Below, one piece after another: positions 35,741 through 47,200 of a DNA stretch of 64,000 bases (positions are counted from its first letter, which is position 1; each line of letters starts with the position of its first letter). This stretch comes from Lama guanicoe. Taxonomy: Eukaryota. A program made the position numbers and the translations under genes. The stretch spans positions 186,001 through 250,000 of the forward strand of contig MU053504.1 in assembly GCA_013239625.1 (NCBI GenBank), read 5' to 3'. The notes below the pieces were generated by a model that did not search any database, was not told the origin of the DNA, and saw nothing but the letters and a program-made list of their open reading frames with translations.

Positions 35741-36889
35741 AAGTGACACAAAGTAAAGGGCAAGAAACCTGAAACAGACAGAAAAACATTGGGCTTGTAG
35801 GCCCAGTAAGCACGCTAACTCCCCTGGGGCATCCATGGGCCCCATTCTGGGCTCTGCCCGGCTTGGTTTTGTGGCTCCACCCTCTACGGTAATATTTGGG
35901 TTTCCACACACGCAACACCCACAGGAAACCCCAGCCAATGGGCATCAGGTTCTGAGCTGGACCGCCTGGTGGTGGGCATGACACACACCCTGGAATGGCG
36001 TCATCCAAATGCCCGGGTGATGACACAGCCCCCAGTGGAATGATGACACTTCCCACAGTCGCACAGGCCCTGCTGGTCTGGGGTTTGTCTTGCAACCTCC
36101 AGGTGGGTGTGTGGACACCAAAACAGCCATTCCCATGGACTAGTTCTCAGCCTTCAGGGACAGAATTCATCCATCCGTACAATAGTCATTAAGCACCTAC
36201 TATGTGCCAAATACTCTTCTAGGCACTAAAGATACTGCAGGGAACAAAACAAATAAACCTCCTGCCCTCCCATGGGGAGACAGGCAGTGCCCCCCAGCGA
36301 GTGGAAGTACAGGGGGGGAGGAAGCAGCAGAAAGACGGAGCGGGGCTCTGAGTATTTTCTGTTTTCACTGAGGTAGAATGGCTATACAATAAAATTGACC
36401 CATTTTAGGTCTACGGTTCGGTGAGTCGTATACATTTGCGTGCTCACCACTACAGACAAGTTATAGAACATTTCTATCTATCCATAAAGTTCCTGCATGC
36501 GCCTTTGCAGTCAGTCCCCACCTCCTGCCCCGCTTCCCGTCTGGGAAGCTACTGGTCAGTCTTCCTGCACTATAGATTGGATGTTTCTTTTCTGGAACTC
36601 ATACAAATGGAAACCGGCTTCTTTCACTCAGTGTAATACATTTGCGACTCATCCACGTTGTTACGTGTTTGTTCCTTTTGCTTGATGAGTGTCCCATGGT
36701 CTGGCTGCCCCATGTTTTGTTTATTCATCCAGCCTGTTGACGGGCATCTGGGTTATTTCCACTTTTTGGCTATTACAGATGCACCTACTGTGGACATTTG
36801 CAGACAACTCTTCGCGTGCACATATATTTTAATTTCTCTTGGGAGTGGAATTGCTGGGCCTGGTAGGAAGTGTAGGTGTAACTTTTTTT

Positions 36890-36985
36890 TAATCTGATAT
36901 TTTTTTAAATGGAGGTACTGGGGATTGAACCCAGGACCTCATGCATGCTAAGTATGCGCTCTACCACTGAGCTATATCCATTCCC
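36890..36985 (-). mobile_element. tRNA-Ala-derived camelid SINE inserted at the edge of an L1M fragment (~36360-36890)
   Basis: GGAGGTACTGGGATTGAACCCAGGACCTCATGCATGCTAAG...CTACCACTGAGCTATA; flanks TGTAACTTTTTT and TATAACTTTTTT. Confidence 0.85.
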
Positions 36986-37424
36986 GGATGTATAACTTTT
37001 TTAGAAGTGAGGATTGTGCTTTTAAATAGGATGGTCAGGGCAGGCTTCACTGACCAGGTGACATTTCAGCAGAGGCCGGAAGGAGGTGAGGGGAGCCTTG
37101 TGGGTGTCTTTAGGTCATGATGAAGACATAGGCTTTTCCTCTGAGAACCCATGGGAAGGGTCTGAGCAGAGGTGGGACAGGATCAGATTTGTATTTGAAC
37201 AACCTCCCTCCCAGATTGCCAAGTGGAGAATGGGGTGTAAAGCAGCAAGGGAGGAAATAGGGAGGCCAGCGAGGAGGCTACTGCAATAGTCCTGGCGGGA
37301 GATGCAGGTACCGACTCGGGCTGAGGCAGCTGGGAGTGAGGAGTGTCAGATTCTGAGTCTGCTCTGAAGGTGAAGCCACCGGGGAAGCATTGGATGTGGG
37401 AGATGAGGGCAATAGGGATGTGAA

Positions 37425-37730
37425 GGATGGCGGGGACCTGAGGTGGCCTCTAGGAGCTGAGAGGCACCCCCAGCCAACAATCAGCAAAGAAATGTGCACC
37501 TCAGGCTGGCAACCCCAAGGAACTGAACTCTTCCAGAGTGCACCTGGAAGACCCTGAACCTCCACAAATGAACACAGCCCAGGTGACAGCTGAATTCAGC
37601 CAGAGGAGACCCGAGCAGAGAACCGAGCTGTTCTGTGCATGCCCAGACTCCGAGCCATAGAAACTGTAAGAAGGTTGTTTTTAGTTGCTAAGTTTGTCAT
37701 GATTTTTTACTCAGAGATAGATGACTAGAA
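37425..37730 (+). mobile_element. MaLR LTR (MLT1E-like)
   Basis: GGTGGCCTCTAGGAGCTGAG...CAGCAAAGAAA...AAGGAACTGAA...AGAAACTGTAAGA...GCTAAGTTTG. Confidence 0.7.
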
Positions 37731-39559
37731 TCCTACAGTGTCAGAGCTAGAGCAGTCCCTAGCAACCGCTGAGTCCAACCTCGTCGTGTACAGATGAGGG
37801 AATGAGCCCAGAGAGTAGATGGGACTTGAAACCTGGTCCCTGCAGGGAGGCAACGTCAGGCAGAAGCTACCCCAGCTCCGGAGGCCCTGCCGGGAGCCCT
37901 GCCTCTCATCCCCTAGGAGGCTGTGATACCTGCTCCTCTGCCAAACCTCCTCCGTCCGGCCACTGGCCACCCACTGAATACCCTCAGCTCCCGGCAGCAA
38001 GCTTGGCCAGGTTCCTCTGCCAGGCCAGGCCCAGGGACCAGGAAGGAGGTAGCACCCTTGCCCCCACAGCAGAGCAGGGCCCAAGGGTGCAGGAGCTGGG
38101 CCGGAGTCTGAGAGACCAGGGGAGAGGGGCAAAGCACAGACTTAGGTCAGAGGGCCCGTGGCTGGAATCCCAGCTCTGCCCCTCACTGGCTGTAGGACTC
38201 TAGACAAGGGATGCCCCTATGCTAGGCTGCTGTGTCCAGTCTGTGAAATGGGAGCAAGAATGTCTTCCTCCAAATGGGCAATGAGCTAAGGGACATGAAA
38301 GTATTGGTGAGCGCGCCATAAATGCACCAATGCACATCCACAACCTCTTCCTTCTTGTGGGCCTCGGGCTCCCCATCTGCTAATTGACCTTGTGCCTGAG
38401 ATGTGTTTTGGGGGCCCTTTTGGCTCCAACAGTTGACCATTTCAGGGTCCAAATTCTTGCTCTACTTTTTACCCGCTGTGTGACCTTGGATAAGCCACTT
38501 GAGCTCTCTGAGCCCCAGGTTTCTAAGCTGTAAAATGGACTATTAATAACACCTCTCATGACATGGGAGATGCAGGTCAGAGACCTAGCTATGTGTCTCA
38601 AAAAATGTCAGCCTGTTTTATTATTGTCTTCATTATCACCTCTCTAAGTGTGTGAGTTAGGTCCCGCCTGCTGGCAGGGGCGATAGGGCAGAGCCTCCCA
38701 GGGTAGGGGAAGTTTGGTTTCCTTGGAGACAAATGTTTGTGGGCTGGGCTGGGCTGGACCTGCAAACATTTCTGGGGGGAAAAAAAACCCCAACTAGTTC
38801 TCCCTGAGCCCTGGGGCCCTGCACACATCTAGAACCAGGCCCCAAGTATCACATTGCTTAAAAACAGTAACTCCACAGGAAGATTTTGGACTCCAAGTCT
38901 GGTTCTCTGTGACTTACTGGCTGTGTGAGCAAATCACTTAACCTCTCGGTGTGGTCCAGTGGGATGGGACTGGGGGGACCTCAATGACAGATGGGGAAAC
39001 TGAGGACAGAAAGAGAAGGGGCTTAAAGCCACACAGCAAGTTTTGGACAGATCCTGGAGAGTACCTGGGTCCCCCAAATCCCAACCCTGGGGGTGGGACA
39101 GTCCCACAGTAGGAAGCTTGTTCTAATTAGTTGCATGTTCTGTTTCCCCCAGATAAACCTCGGACCCCCAAGAACTTCACAAATCACAAATTCCTTTACC
39201 AAACAGTTGTCACATTTGGCCCAGCAATACTGTCAATGTCACACTCAGGGGCTGAGCTAATTGAGCCTAGAGAGCCTCAAGAGGGATTTGTCCAAGGTTA
39301 TATACCACAAGTTCAAGGCAGTTTGAGCCAGATCTGAAAAGCTTGTGCTTTTTGCTCTAAATCAGTGTTTCCCAAGCTGGTATGTGAGGATGCACTGGGG
39401 GTCGTGGGTAGTGAGTTCTCCATAAGGATTTTGAAGTTGTTTGCTTTCATTTTGATGGTAATCCTAAAAATGTTAACAAACAAATCATGAATCATCTGCA
39501 TGACCACAGGTGGGTCCTACTTGAGATTGTATTTGGATTTGGGGCCACAATGGCATCAA

Positions 39560-39800
39560 AGAATAACATTTATTGAGAACTAACTATGGTCCAGGTACTG
39601 TGTTTTGTACTTTAATTGTATTATTCATTTAACCCTCATGACAACCCTATAGGATACATAATATTATCATTCCCATTTCACAGAGAAAGTTGAGGCACAG
39701 AGAGGTTAGGTAACTTGTAACAAAGTCAGCAGCGAGTGAGGGAGTGCAGCCAAGATTTGAACTCAGGCTGACTTCAGAGCCTGTGATCTTGACCACTATG
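39560..39800 (-). mobile_element. MIR SINE, near full length
   Basis: AACATTTATTGAG...CATTTAACCCTCATGACAACCCTAT...CCCATTTCACAGAG...TGAGGCACAGAGAGGTTAGGTAACTTG...GATTTGAACTCAGGC. Confidence 0.85.
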
Positions 39801-40221
39801 CTTTACCACTGTAACCAGCTTGGAGCGGTGAGAAAAGGGCAGAGGTGGCCTTGATATGTAAAATGAATTCCTACTAAGTGAAGGTCAAGTGATATGGAGG
39901 TAGAGGGTGGGAAGAAAATTTACCGTGGGTAGAATAGGAATTGGGAGGGAGTCTGTGATGAACCCACAAGAAATGACAGCACAGTTGAGTGTCCCACATT
40001 CACACTGCTGGTGACAATTCAGGTTTAGCAAAGCAACATCGTCCATATCACTAAGTTAATGTTGTTACATTGATGCTGTGGTAGCATCACTTAGTGGTTA
40101 TGGCTTAAGAGTCATGATTTCTGAGTTCAAATCCATCTTCCTCCTCTGACTACAGGCAAGTCACTGAACCTCGATAAACATCAGTTTTTTCATCTCTAAA
40201 ATGGAATTATAATAGCACCTG

Positions 40222-42070
40222 AAAGACAGCTGATTCCCTACGCAATTCCCACCTCTTCTTTTTCTTTGTTGACCAAACCCTGGGTCATTGCCCTGGGTGG
40301 CAATGTACCCAGCCCAAACACTGCATTCCTAGCCTCTGTTACAGCTACTGGTAGCCAAGGATTGAAAGTTGTTAGGTGAGGTTTCTGGGAAATATCCTTA
40401 GACAATGCTGATGCAGCTGAGAGGAAAACCAATTTCCCCTTTTTCCTTTTCCTATGTGGAACTCAGGCATTAAGGCTGGAGCTCCAGCAGCCATCTTGGT
40501 TCAAGAAGGACCTCAAGGATGAAACCATGTGGTAGGATGAAGCAACATGAAGCTGGAAGAAACCCAAGAATTTGATGACACCATGGAGGCTGCACCAGCC
40601 TGGGCCTGGTCTGATCTTTCCAGACTTTGTTTTTAAAATAAACTTCTAGTTTTAGGAAAGTTTTTGATTTACAGAATTATTGCAGAGATAGTACAGAGAT
40701 TTTCTATATACCCCACACCCAGTTTCCCTTATTAATAACATCCTATACTAGTATGGTACGTTTATCACAATTAATGAACCAATATTGTGACATTATTATT
40801 AACCAAAAAGTCCACTTTTCATTCAGATTTCCCCAAATATCCCATTCTGTTCCAGAATCTCATTCAGGACACCACGTTATATTTAGTCAGCATGTCTCCT
40901 TAGGCTCCTCTTGGCTTTGACAGTTTCTCAGACTTCTCTTGTGTTTGATGACCTTCGCAGTTTTGAGGAGTGCTGGTCTGGTATTTTGTAAAATGTCCCT
41001 CAGTTGGGATTTGCCTGATGATTTTCTTATAGTTTAACTGGGTCATGTGTTTGGGGAGGGAGGTCACCGAGATAGAGTGGCAGCCTCCGCGTGGTCTGCC
41101 AAGGGTAGGTCCTATCAACGTGACTGATCAGTGTGGAGGTGAACTTTGATCACTGTTGGGTTCTTCCAGTAAAGTCACTCTTTTTTTGCCCCCTCTCTTT
41201 CCATGCTGTGCTCTTTGGATTAAGGTCACTATGCATAGTACTTAAGGAATGGGGAGTGATGTTCCCTCCTTCAGGGTGGAGTAGCTACATAAATTAGATT
41301 CTTCTGCAGGGGAGATTTAACTCTTCTATTTGTTTGTTTGATTATTTATTCATTCATTTAGTTCAGTGTGGACTCATGGATATTTATTTTATTCTTTGGA
41401 TTATAATCCAGCACAACTTTATTACTATTATTTTTGCTCAAATTGTTCCACCTTTGGCCCTTGGGAGCCCTTTCTGTTGGCTCCCCAGACTTCTTGATGT
41501 GAAAGAAAAACAAACTGAGGTAGATTTTTAGCAACAATGGCCTCAAATTCCTCCCATTCCTCCATGCCCAACGCCTTCCCAATGTGACTTCGCAAAAAGA
41601 CTTTGCAGCTTCTCCATCAGACTCTCTCTTTCCATCCCTGGAGTCTGGGCTGGATGCTGTGACTTGCTTTGGCCAATGGGAAGAGGCCAATGTATAAGAG
41701 GGGCTTGTGGGCTGGGCTTGCGGCCCCTGGGACCCTGAGACCACCATGTGAGCAAGCAGGGCTGGCCTGTGGAGGAGGAGAGCGGTGGCCCAGTCACTTG
41801 TGGTGCCCTTGCCTACAGCCAGACAACACCCGTGTGCGAGAGGCCCTTGAGCACAGTGGACTGCAGATGGGTGACAAACCCAGAGGCAAGCTGTCCCTGC
41901 TGAGCCCAGGCCACACTGCCAATCCACAGGGTCATAAGCAAATCCACGGTCAGTTTAAGCCACTAAATTGTAAGATTGTTATGAAGTGAGAACTAACTGC
42001 TACATAAGCCACTGTCTTACAGATCTGTTATTTGATTTTCCTGTTACAGGAAGTCAAGCCTAATTCTAAA
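40222..42070. mobile_element. Nested repeats: ERVL LTR (LTR33-like) interrupted by an L1MC/MD fragment (~40630-41490, -) and an MLT1-like LTR (~41520-42000, +)
   Basis: LTR33-like GGCAATGTACCCAGCC...CATTCCTAGCCTC, L1 motif TTGCAGAGATAGTACAGAG...CACCCAGTTTCCC, MLT1 motif GTGACTTGCTTTGGCCAATGG. The ERVL tail TAAGCCACTG...CTGTTACAG...CCTAATTCTAA resumes after 42000. Confidence 0.6.
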
Positions 42071-42289
42071 AGGACACAGAATTTATTTCGCAGGGAGTTT
42101 GTAGAATCTGAATGAGTGAGGCCAGGACTGTACATATAACAGTACCTGGGTGAATTAATAATAATAATAATTATGTAATTATATTTATATAAGATATAGA
42201 ATATATAAATACAATATAATAACTACTGTAGTTATGTAGTAGTTATTATTAGTTTTGTAGTGTGTTAGTATTTAATTTGTAACTTTGTT

Positions 42290-42915
42290 TCAGATTGCAG
42301 TTGTTTGAGGACTGTAAGCTGGAAGATCTGGGACCTCATTCTGTGAGTAATTTTCTGCCCATGCCTCCAGTCTGAGGCCGTCAGGAGCACATGTGCGGTT
42401 GAACAGGTGGGTTCCGTTACCCACTGCAGGGAGGGAACGCACATCCTGGGGAACCCTGGTGTCTCAGCAAGAGAGAGGTCAGACAAGGCTGATTATAGGA
42501 CTCCGGTTTGTGTTAGGCGATTTTGAGGAAAGCTTAAGGAAGTGGGATTTTTATCTTGATTGGATGCTGTTGGGAAGTGAGAGTCATTCTAGGGTTGAGA
42601 TCTTGGTAATCCTCCCTGCAGAGAAGGCCAACTAGGGCCAGGCTAAAGCTGGTAAGTGGTGAAGAAGCAGCAGTCACCGTATCAGCAGGGATGGCGGGGT
42701 GTTTGGTCATTTTGTGCTGAGACATTACAGAGTGGTCTTGCTTTGGTCTCGATTCCACCTTGATTAATCAGAGTCCCAGAGCGCCTTGTCTGTCGTGGGT
42801 GTTCTGTGAAGTTGCTTACGTTCAGCAGGACATCAGTTGTGACCTGTGGGTGTCACGCCTAGGTGACCACCAGTCAGGCCAGCTCCTGAATGGAGGGCTG
42901 CTTTTCCCCTTCTCA
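42290..42915 (-). mobile_element. Ancient ERV LTR-like element (family not assigned)
   Basis: Plus strand ends CTTTTCCCCTTCTCA (TGAGAAG on minus); internal GATTGGATGCTG and GCTAAAGCTG...AAGCAGCAGTCAC motifs are LTR-like. Confidence 0.45.
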
Positions 42916-44318
42916 GTTTATGTCCACACTGATGGGTCTGGGAGTTTCCTTCCCCTTTTAAAGCTCTCAAGTTGGAGCAACGGCTCATTCCTGCTCAAAC
43001 CGGCATTTTTAGGCACTTTGTTTCCTCCCAGAAGTTTTCCTCTCCCATTTACATATTATATTAACAATATCTTAATCATATAGTTTAGTGCTAATTATAC
43101 ATAAATGAATTCTATTATTAATAATATAGATTAATAATAATGTTTGGGAAGTACTTGCTATGTGTCAGGGACTGTTCTAAGGCATTTTTTCTAAGCATCT
43201 ATTCATTTAAAGATCCTTAATCTGGGGTCTTATCAGCATCCACGGATTGAATTTTTCTTTACTCATCTTTAGTTAAATTCAGCACTTTCTTCAGTTAGGA
43301 ACAAGGATACAAGCCACAGTGATATTTGGGCCTGGAACTTTGTCACCATTAGAAACTATGGCTATTTTCATATTCCATATTCGTTACGGACATCTCAGAA
43401 TATTGTTAACATTCACCATTACTTTGAAATTGCAGTTCCTCCTCCACTAGATCTTGCTCTAAGTGCTCACAATGATGCATATGCAGTACTCTACCACAGT
43501 TGTGTTTGTCAAAAATATTTTGGTAACCACAATTTTAAGAAATTTCTTTCCTTTAAAATTGAATGCATTTTATTTCAGGCATTTGAAAATATCCTTTTGA
43601 GAGGCAGCTCCATGCCTTCACCAGATGCCAAAGGGATGCAAGACCAGATAAATGTGAAGATTCCTCAATCCTCCAATGATCCCACGAGCGGATATCATTA
43701 CCGGCTTGTTACAGAGACAGACATGAGGCACAGAGAAGTTGTGCAGTTTGCTTAAGGTCACACAGCTATTGAGTGGTTGCGCATTATTTAATCTGTCAGT
43801 TGTGTTTTCAGCCTATGGGCTGCTGTGAGCTAGTTCTCTGTATTTTGCATAAGCATGTGAATATCCCCAGGCAAGTGTCATGCCTTAGGATGTGTGGATC
43901 TCCATTTCTGTATGTGGGTGTGTGGAATGCCTAGGTGCAGAAAAGGGAACCACGAGCCCTTGTCCACTCTGGGCCTTCTGTCTGATTTCTGGGATCACTT
44001 TGATTAATCGCATCTCCACATCCCTTGGGTCCTGGAAACTGAAGGGCTGGGCTGGGAAAAGACAGTGGGGCGGGGCGGGGGTTGGGGGGTGGGGCAGCAG
44101 GTGAAGGCCAGGTTGGAGGGCAAGTGTGCCCTAGGACTCAGCCTCTGACCTGAGGCTGGACATGTGACCAGGGCACAGCTTGGGGGAAGGGGAGTCTGGA
44201 GGAAGGGGGACGCTGTTCCCATAGGGAACCCTTCTCTTGGGCACTTGTGACTGAAGAGTATCTGGGACCGCAGTCCCTGTGCCAGGCTGCCTGTGGGGAT
44301 GGGGGTGCTGCGAGGAGA

Positions 44319-44972
44319 TGTAAAGGAAAACCCCGCTCTCGGGGGGCTCCTCTGCTCTCAATACCCCGCTACAACACGATTTCACTTCTGATGCCAGACA
44401 TGTGGGTTTTCCACACATCAGGCAACACCAGCTGGGTGTGTCCTACAATTTGACTCAGTTCTGACACTATCTACCTGGAGTTAGCATCCCATCTCACAAG
44501 AGTGCCCCACCTGCTGCTTTAGACACCAGCTTCACCTGTGCTTTTTTACTAAATCAGAGTTTCCCAAGACCCTGTTTTTGGGTTTAATTAATTTGCCAGA
44601 GCAGCTCACAGGACTCAGGGAAACAATGTCCTATTAACTAGGTCACCAGTTTATCATAAAAGGATATAACTGAGGAACAGCCAGATGGAAGAGATGCGTA
44701 GAGTGAGGCATGTGGCAGGGGCACGGAGCCGCCATGCCCTCTCTGGGTGTCCCACTGTCCCTGCACCTCCACGTGTTCTTCAGCGCAGCTCTCTGAACCC
44801 TGTCCTTTGGGTTTTGATGGAGACTTCATTACATAAGCATGGTTGATGAAATCATTGGCTGTGAGTGATCAGTTCAGCCTCCAGCCCCTTCTCCTCCAAA
44901 GGTTTAGGAGCCTTGTGCCAGAAACAGAATGAAGGCCAAACCTATATACATCTTATTATAAATCACAATATC
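44319..44972 (-). mobile_element. MER21-like ERVL LTR
   Basis: CACCAGCTGGGTGTGTCCTACAATT...TTCTGACACTATCTACCTGGAG, CTCACAGGACTCAGGGAAAC, CAGCCAGATGGAAGAGATGC, ATAAATCACAATATCA. Confidence 0.8.
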
Positions 44973-45121
44973 AAAGGAAACTAGTGAAGCCCACCCTCTA
45001 CCCACACAGGGGTCCTGGGGCTCGTATCCTAAGGGTCTCTGGATGTGAGCCATCTGAGATACAGAGCTGATGTCTTTTCCCACCCTGTGGTCCTTGGGAT
45101 AGGAGTCCCCCAGAAGGGTCT

Positions 45122-45258
45122 CTTTTTGTTCATTTGTTTTTTTGGGGGGGCAGGTAATTAGGTTTATTTACTTATTTTTTAACGAAGGTACCGGGGATTG
45201 AACCCAGGACCTCTTGCATGCTAAGCACATACTCTACCACTGAATTATACCCTCCCCC
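45122..45258 (-). mobile_element. tRNA-Ala-derived camelid SINE, long-tail form
   Basis: GGTAATTAGGTTTATTT...GGGGATTGAACCCAGGACCTCTTGCATGCTAAGC...; flanks CAGAAGGGTCTCTTT and TAGGAAGGTCCCTTT. Confidence 0.85.
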
Positions 45259-45924
45259 TAGGAAGGTCCCTTTGATAGCAAGCCCCCTGTTCTTGAATAT
45301 CCTTCCCTCCTCTCCAGGGGTGCCTCTCAGTTTATCTTTCCCCAAATGCCAACAAGTCTTTTTAACTGTCTTCCTCCCCAAAGTTAAATGGTATCAATAA
45401 CGATACTACATACATACCACGTGGATCATTTGTGGTCGTCAATGGCTAATCCTCACACCTGTGCCACACTGGCTCCATGATGACAGCTTTGTGATGTGCT
45501 TTCTAAGGAGTGGGGGGCAGGGCGGAAAGTCACTTCATCTCATTATCTCATTTAAAGAACAGGGACAATTGCTGGCTGAGTTGTGAGGATTAAATGAAAT
45601 ACTGTATTTCTTCAATTCCACATGATAATCTCTATGTCAGCCTGATGCTATGTCTGAGGAGCTTTGGGTACCAAGAGAAAATAACAACTTACATCTTATC
45701 TAATGTTTACTATCTTAAAAAAAAACAAAACCCAACTTTATTGAAGTAAAATTGACACATGATAAATTGCACATATTTAGAGCAAAACATTTGGTAAGTT
45801 TTAACATGTGTGTACACTTGTGAAACCATCACCACAGTCAAGATAATCCACCACGCATAAGTGTTTCCACGTGTGTAATTTAGAGACTAATACTGTCTCA
45901 GAGGGCTGGGATTTTGTCTGTGAG

Positions 45925-47200
45925 TTTCAGAAGGGTCACTCACTTGTGCTGATGCTCTGCTGTAGTCTGGACATTCTTGATGATGATATCTTCAAACTTG
46001 TGTAAATGACGTCCGATGGAGCCTGAGTCCATGCAGAGGATACGTGTGTACTAGTTCCCTGCCATTCTGTTGGTTTAGGCATTTGTGATGTTTGTCGTTG
46101 GCTTCCACAACAAGCTTACCTTGTATGTAGGGCTGCACGCTCGGAAGGATTCCTCTAGGGGAGAGGGCATAGCTCAGTGGTAGAATGCATGCTTAGCATG
46201 CATGAGGTCCTGGGTTCAATCCCCAGCACTGCTACTGAAAAAAAAAAAGGAGTGGGCTCTTCCCTTAATGCTCTGCTATCACATCTTGAAATTCTTAACA
46301 ATTATCTTGAAACTTAAAACTTCATCTTTGAACTTGTGTATCAGAAGTGAAGTCCAATGGGCAATGGATCATGCACGTGAGCAGAAGGGATACATGCAAT
46401 AGGGGTGTTCACCATTCACATGGAGTGTTCATGACGCCCCAGGAGCACAGAATGCTGGTGAACCACAAGGCATGGACATTCAGCGGGACTCAAAATGAGT
46501 ACGAGGTGAGCAGGTTATGTCTATGATTGAGTAAGTAGGGGCACAGCTCAGAGAGAACGTGCTTTCTGTTAGAACTTGAAGTTTCTTTGGTCACAGAAAA
46601 AAAGGTAATGTTGTTCCAAGAAACAAGGACAACCAAGGAACCTTATCATATCCTATCCTCTCCATTTTATTTCCTGTATTCGCCAACCACTTACCCTGAA
46701 AATGATGATGTAGAAAGAAGAGGAAAGATAGGGAACCCCATAGTTTCCTTTCCTTTCAGCCTTCCTGTTTCATCAGTAAGTAGGATGTAGGGAGCGTTGG
46801 TAGAATGTGTGAATATCAAGAATTTAAATAAAAGCAATTCAGTTAGTTTGGTGCAGCATTTCCACTGTCCCAGTAAGAATGTATGAGCTATGAAATACCA
46901 GTGATGTAGTTTGTGATTCCACATTTGAGTTACATGCTCTGACATTGGCATTTAAAACTGTCATTGCACCATATAGAGATGAATGGTAAAATTCATGCTA
47001 ATAATTTTAAATTTAAATTTTTCTTTACTTAGAGCAACATTTAGTAGTAAATAAAAAACACCATGATAAGTTGAGCGAGAGATGAGAAAAAAGGAAAAAG
47101 CTCTTTATTTCAGCACCAATACTGGCACTTTTTTCCTACTCTTTGAACAAAGGGCCCAGAATTTTCATTGTGCATTGGGCCCTGCAAATCGTGTTGGCCC
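45925..47200 (+). mobile_element. hAT-Tip100 DNA transposon (MER45-like), interrupted by a SINE
   Basis: TTAATGCTCTGCTATCACATCTTGAAATTCTTAA...; 3' end TTTGAACAAAGGGCCC...TTTTCATTGTGCATTGGGCCCTGCAAAT. Confidence 0.65.
46158..46248 (+). mobile_element. tRNA-Ala-derived camelid SINE
   Basis: ATAGCTCAGTGGTAGAATGCATGCTTAGCATGCATGAGGTCCTGGGTTCAATCCCCAGCAC followed by an A10 tail. Confidence 0.85.

Noticed and set aside
41358-41927. 189-aa minus ORF
   Set aside because: Spans an MLT1 LTR and L1 fragment junction; no coding signature.
46165-46235. tRNA-Ala(AGC) gene
   Set aside because: The acceptor stem does not pair properly, it has an A-tail, and six similar dispersed copies exist, so it is a SINE.
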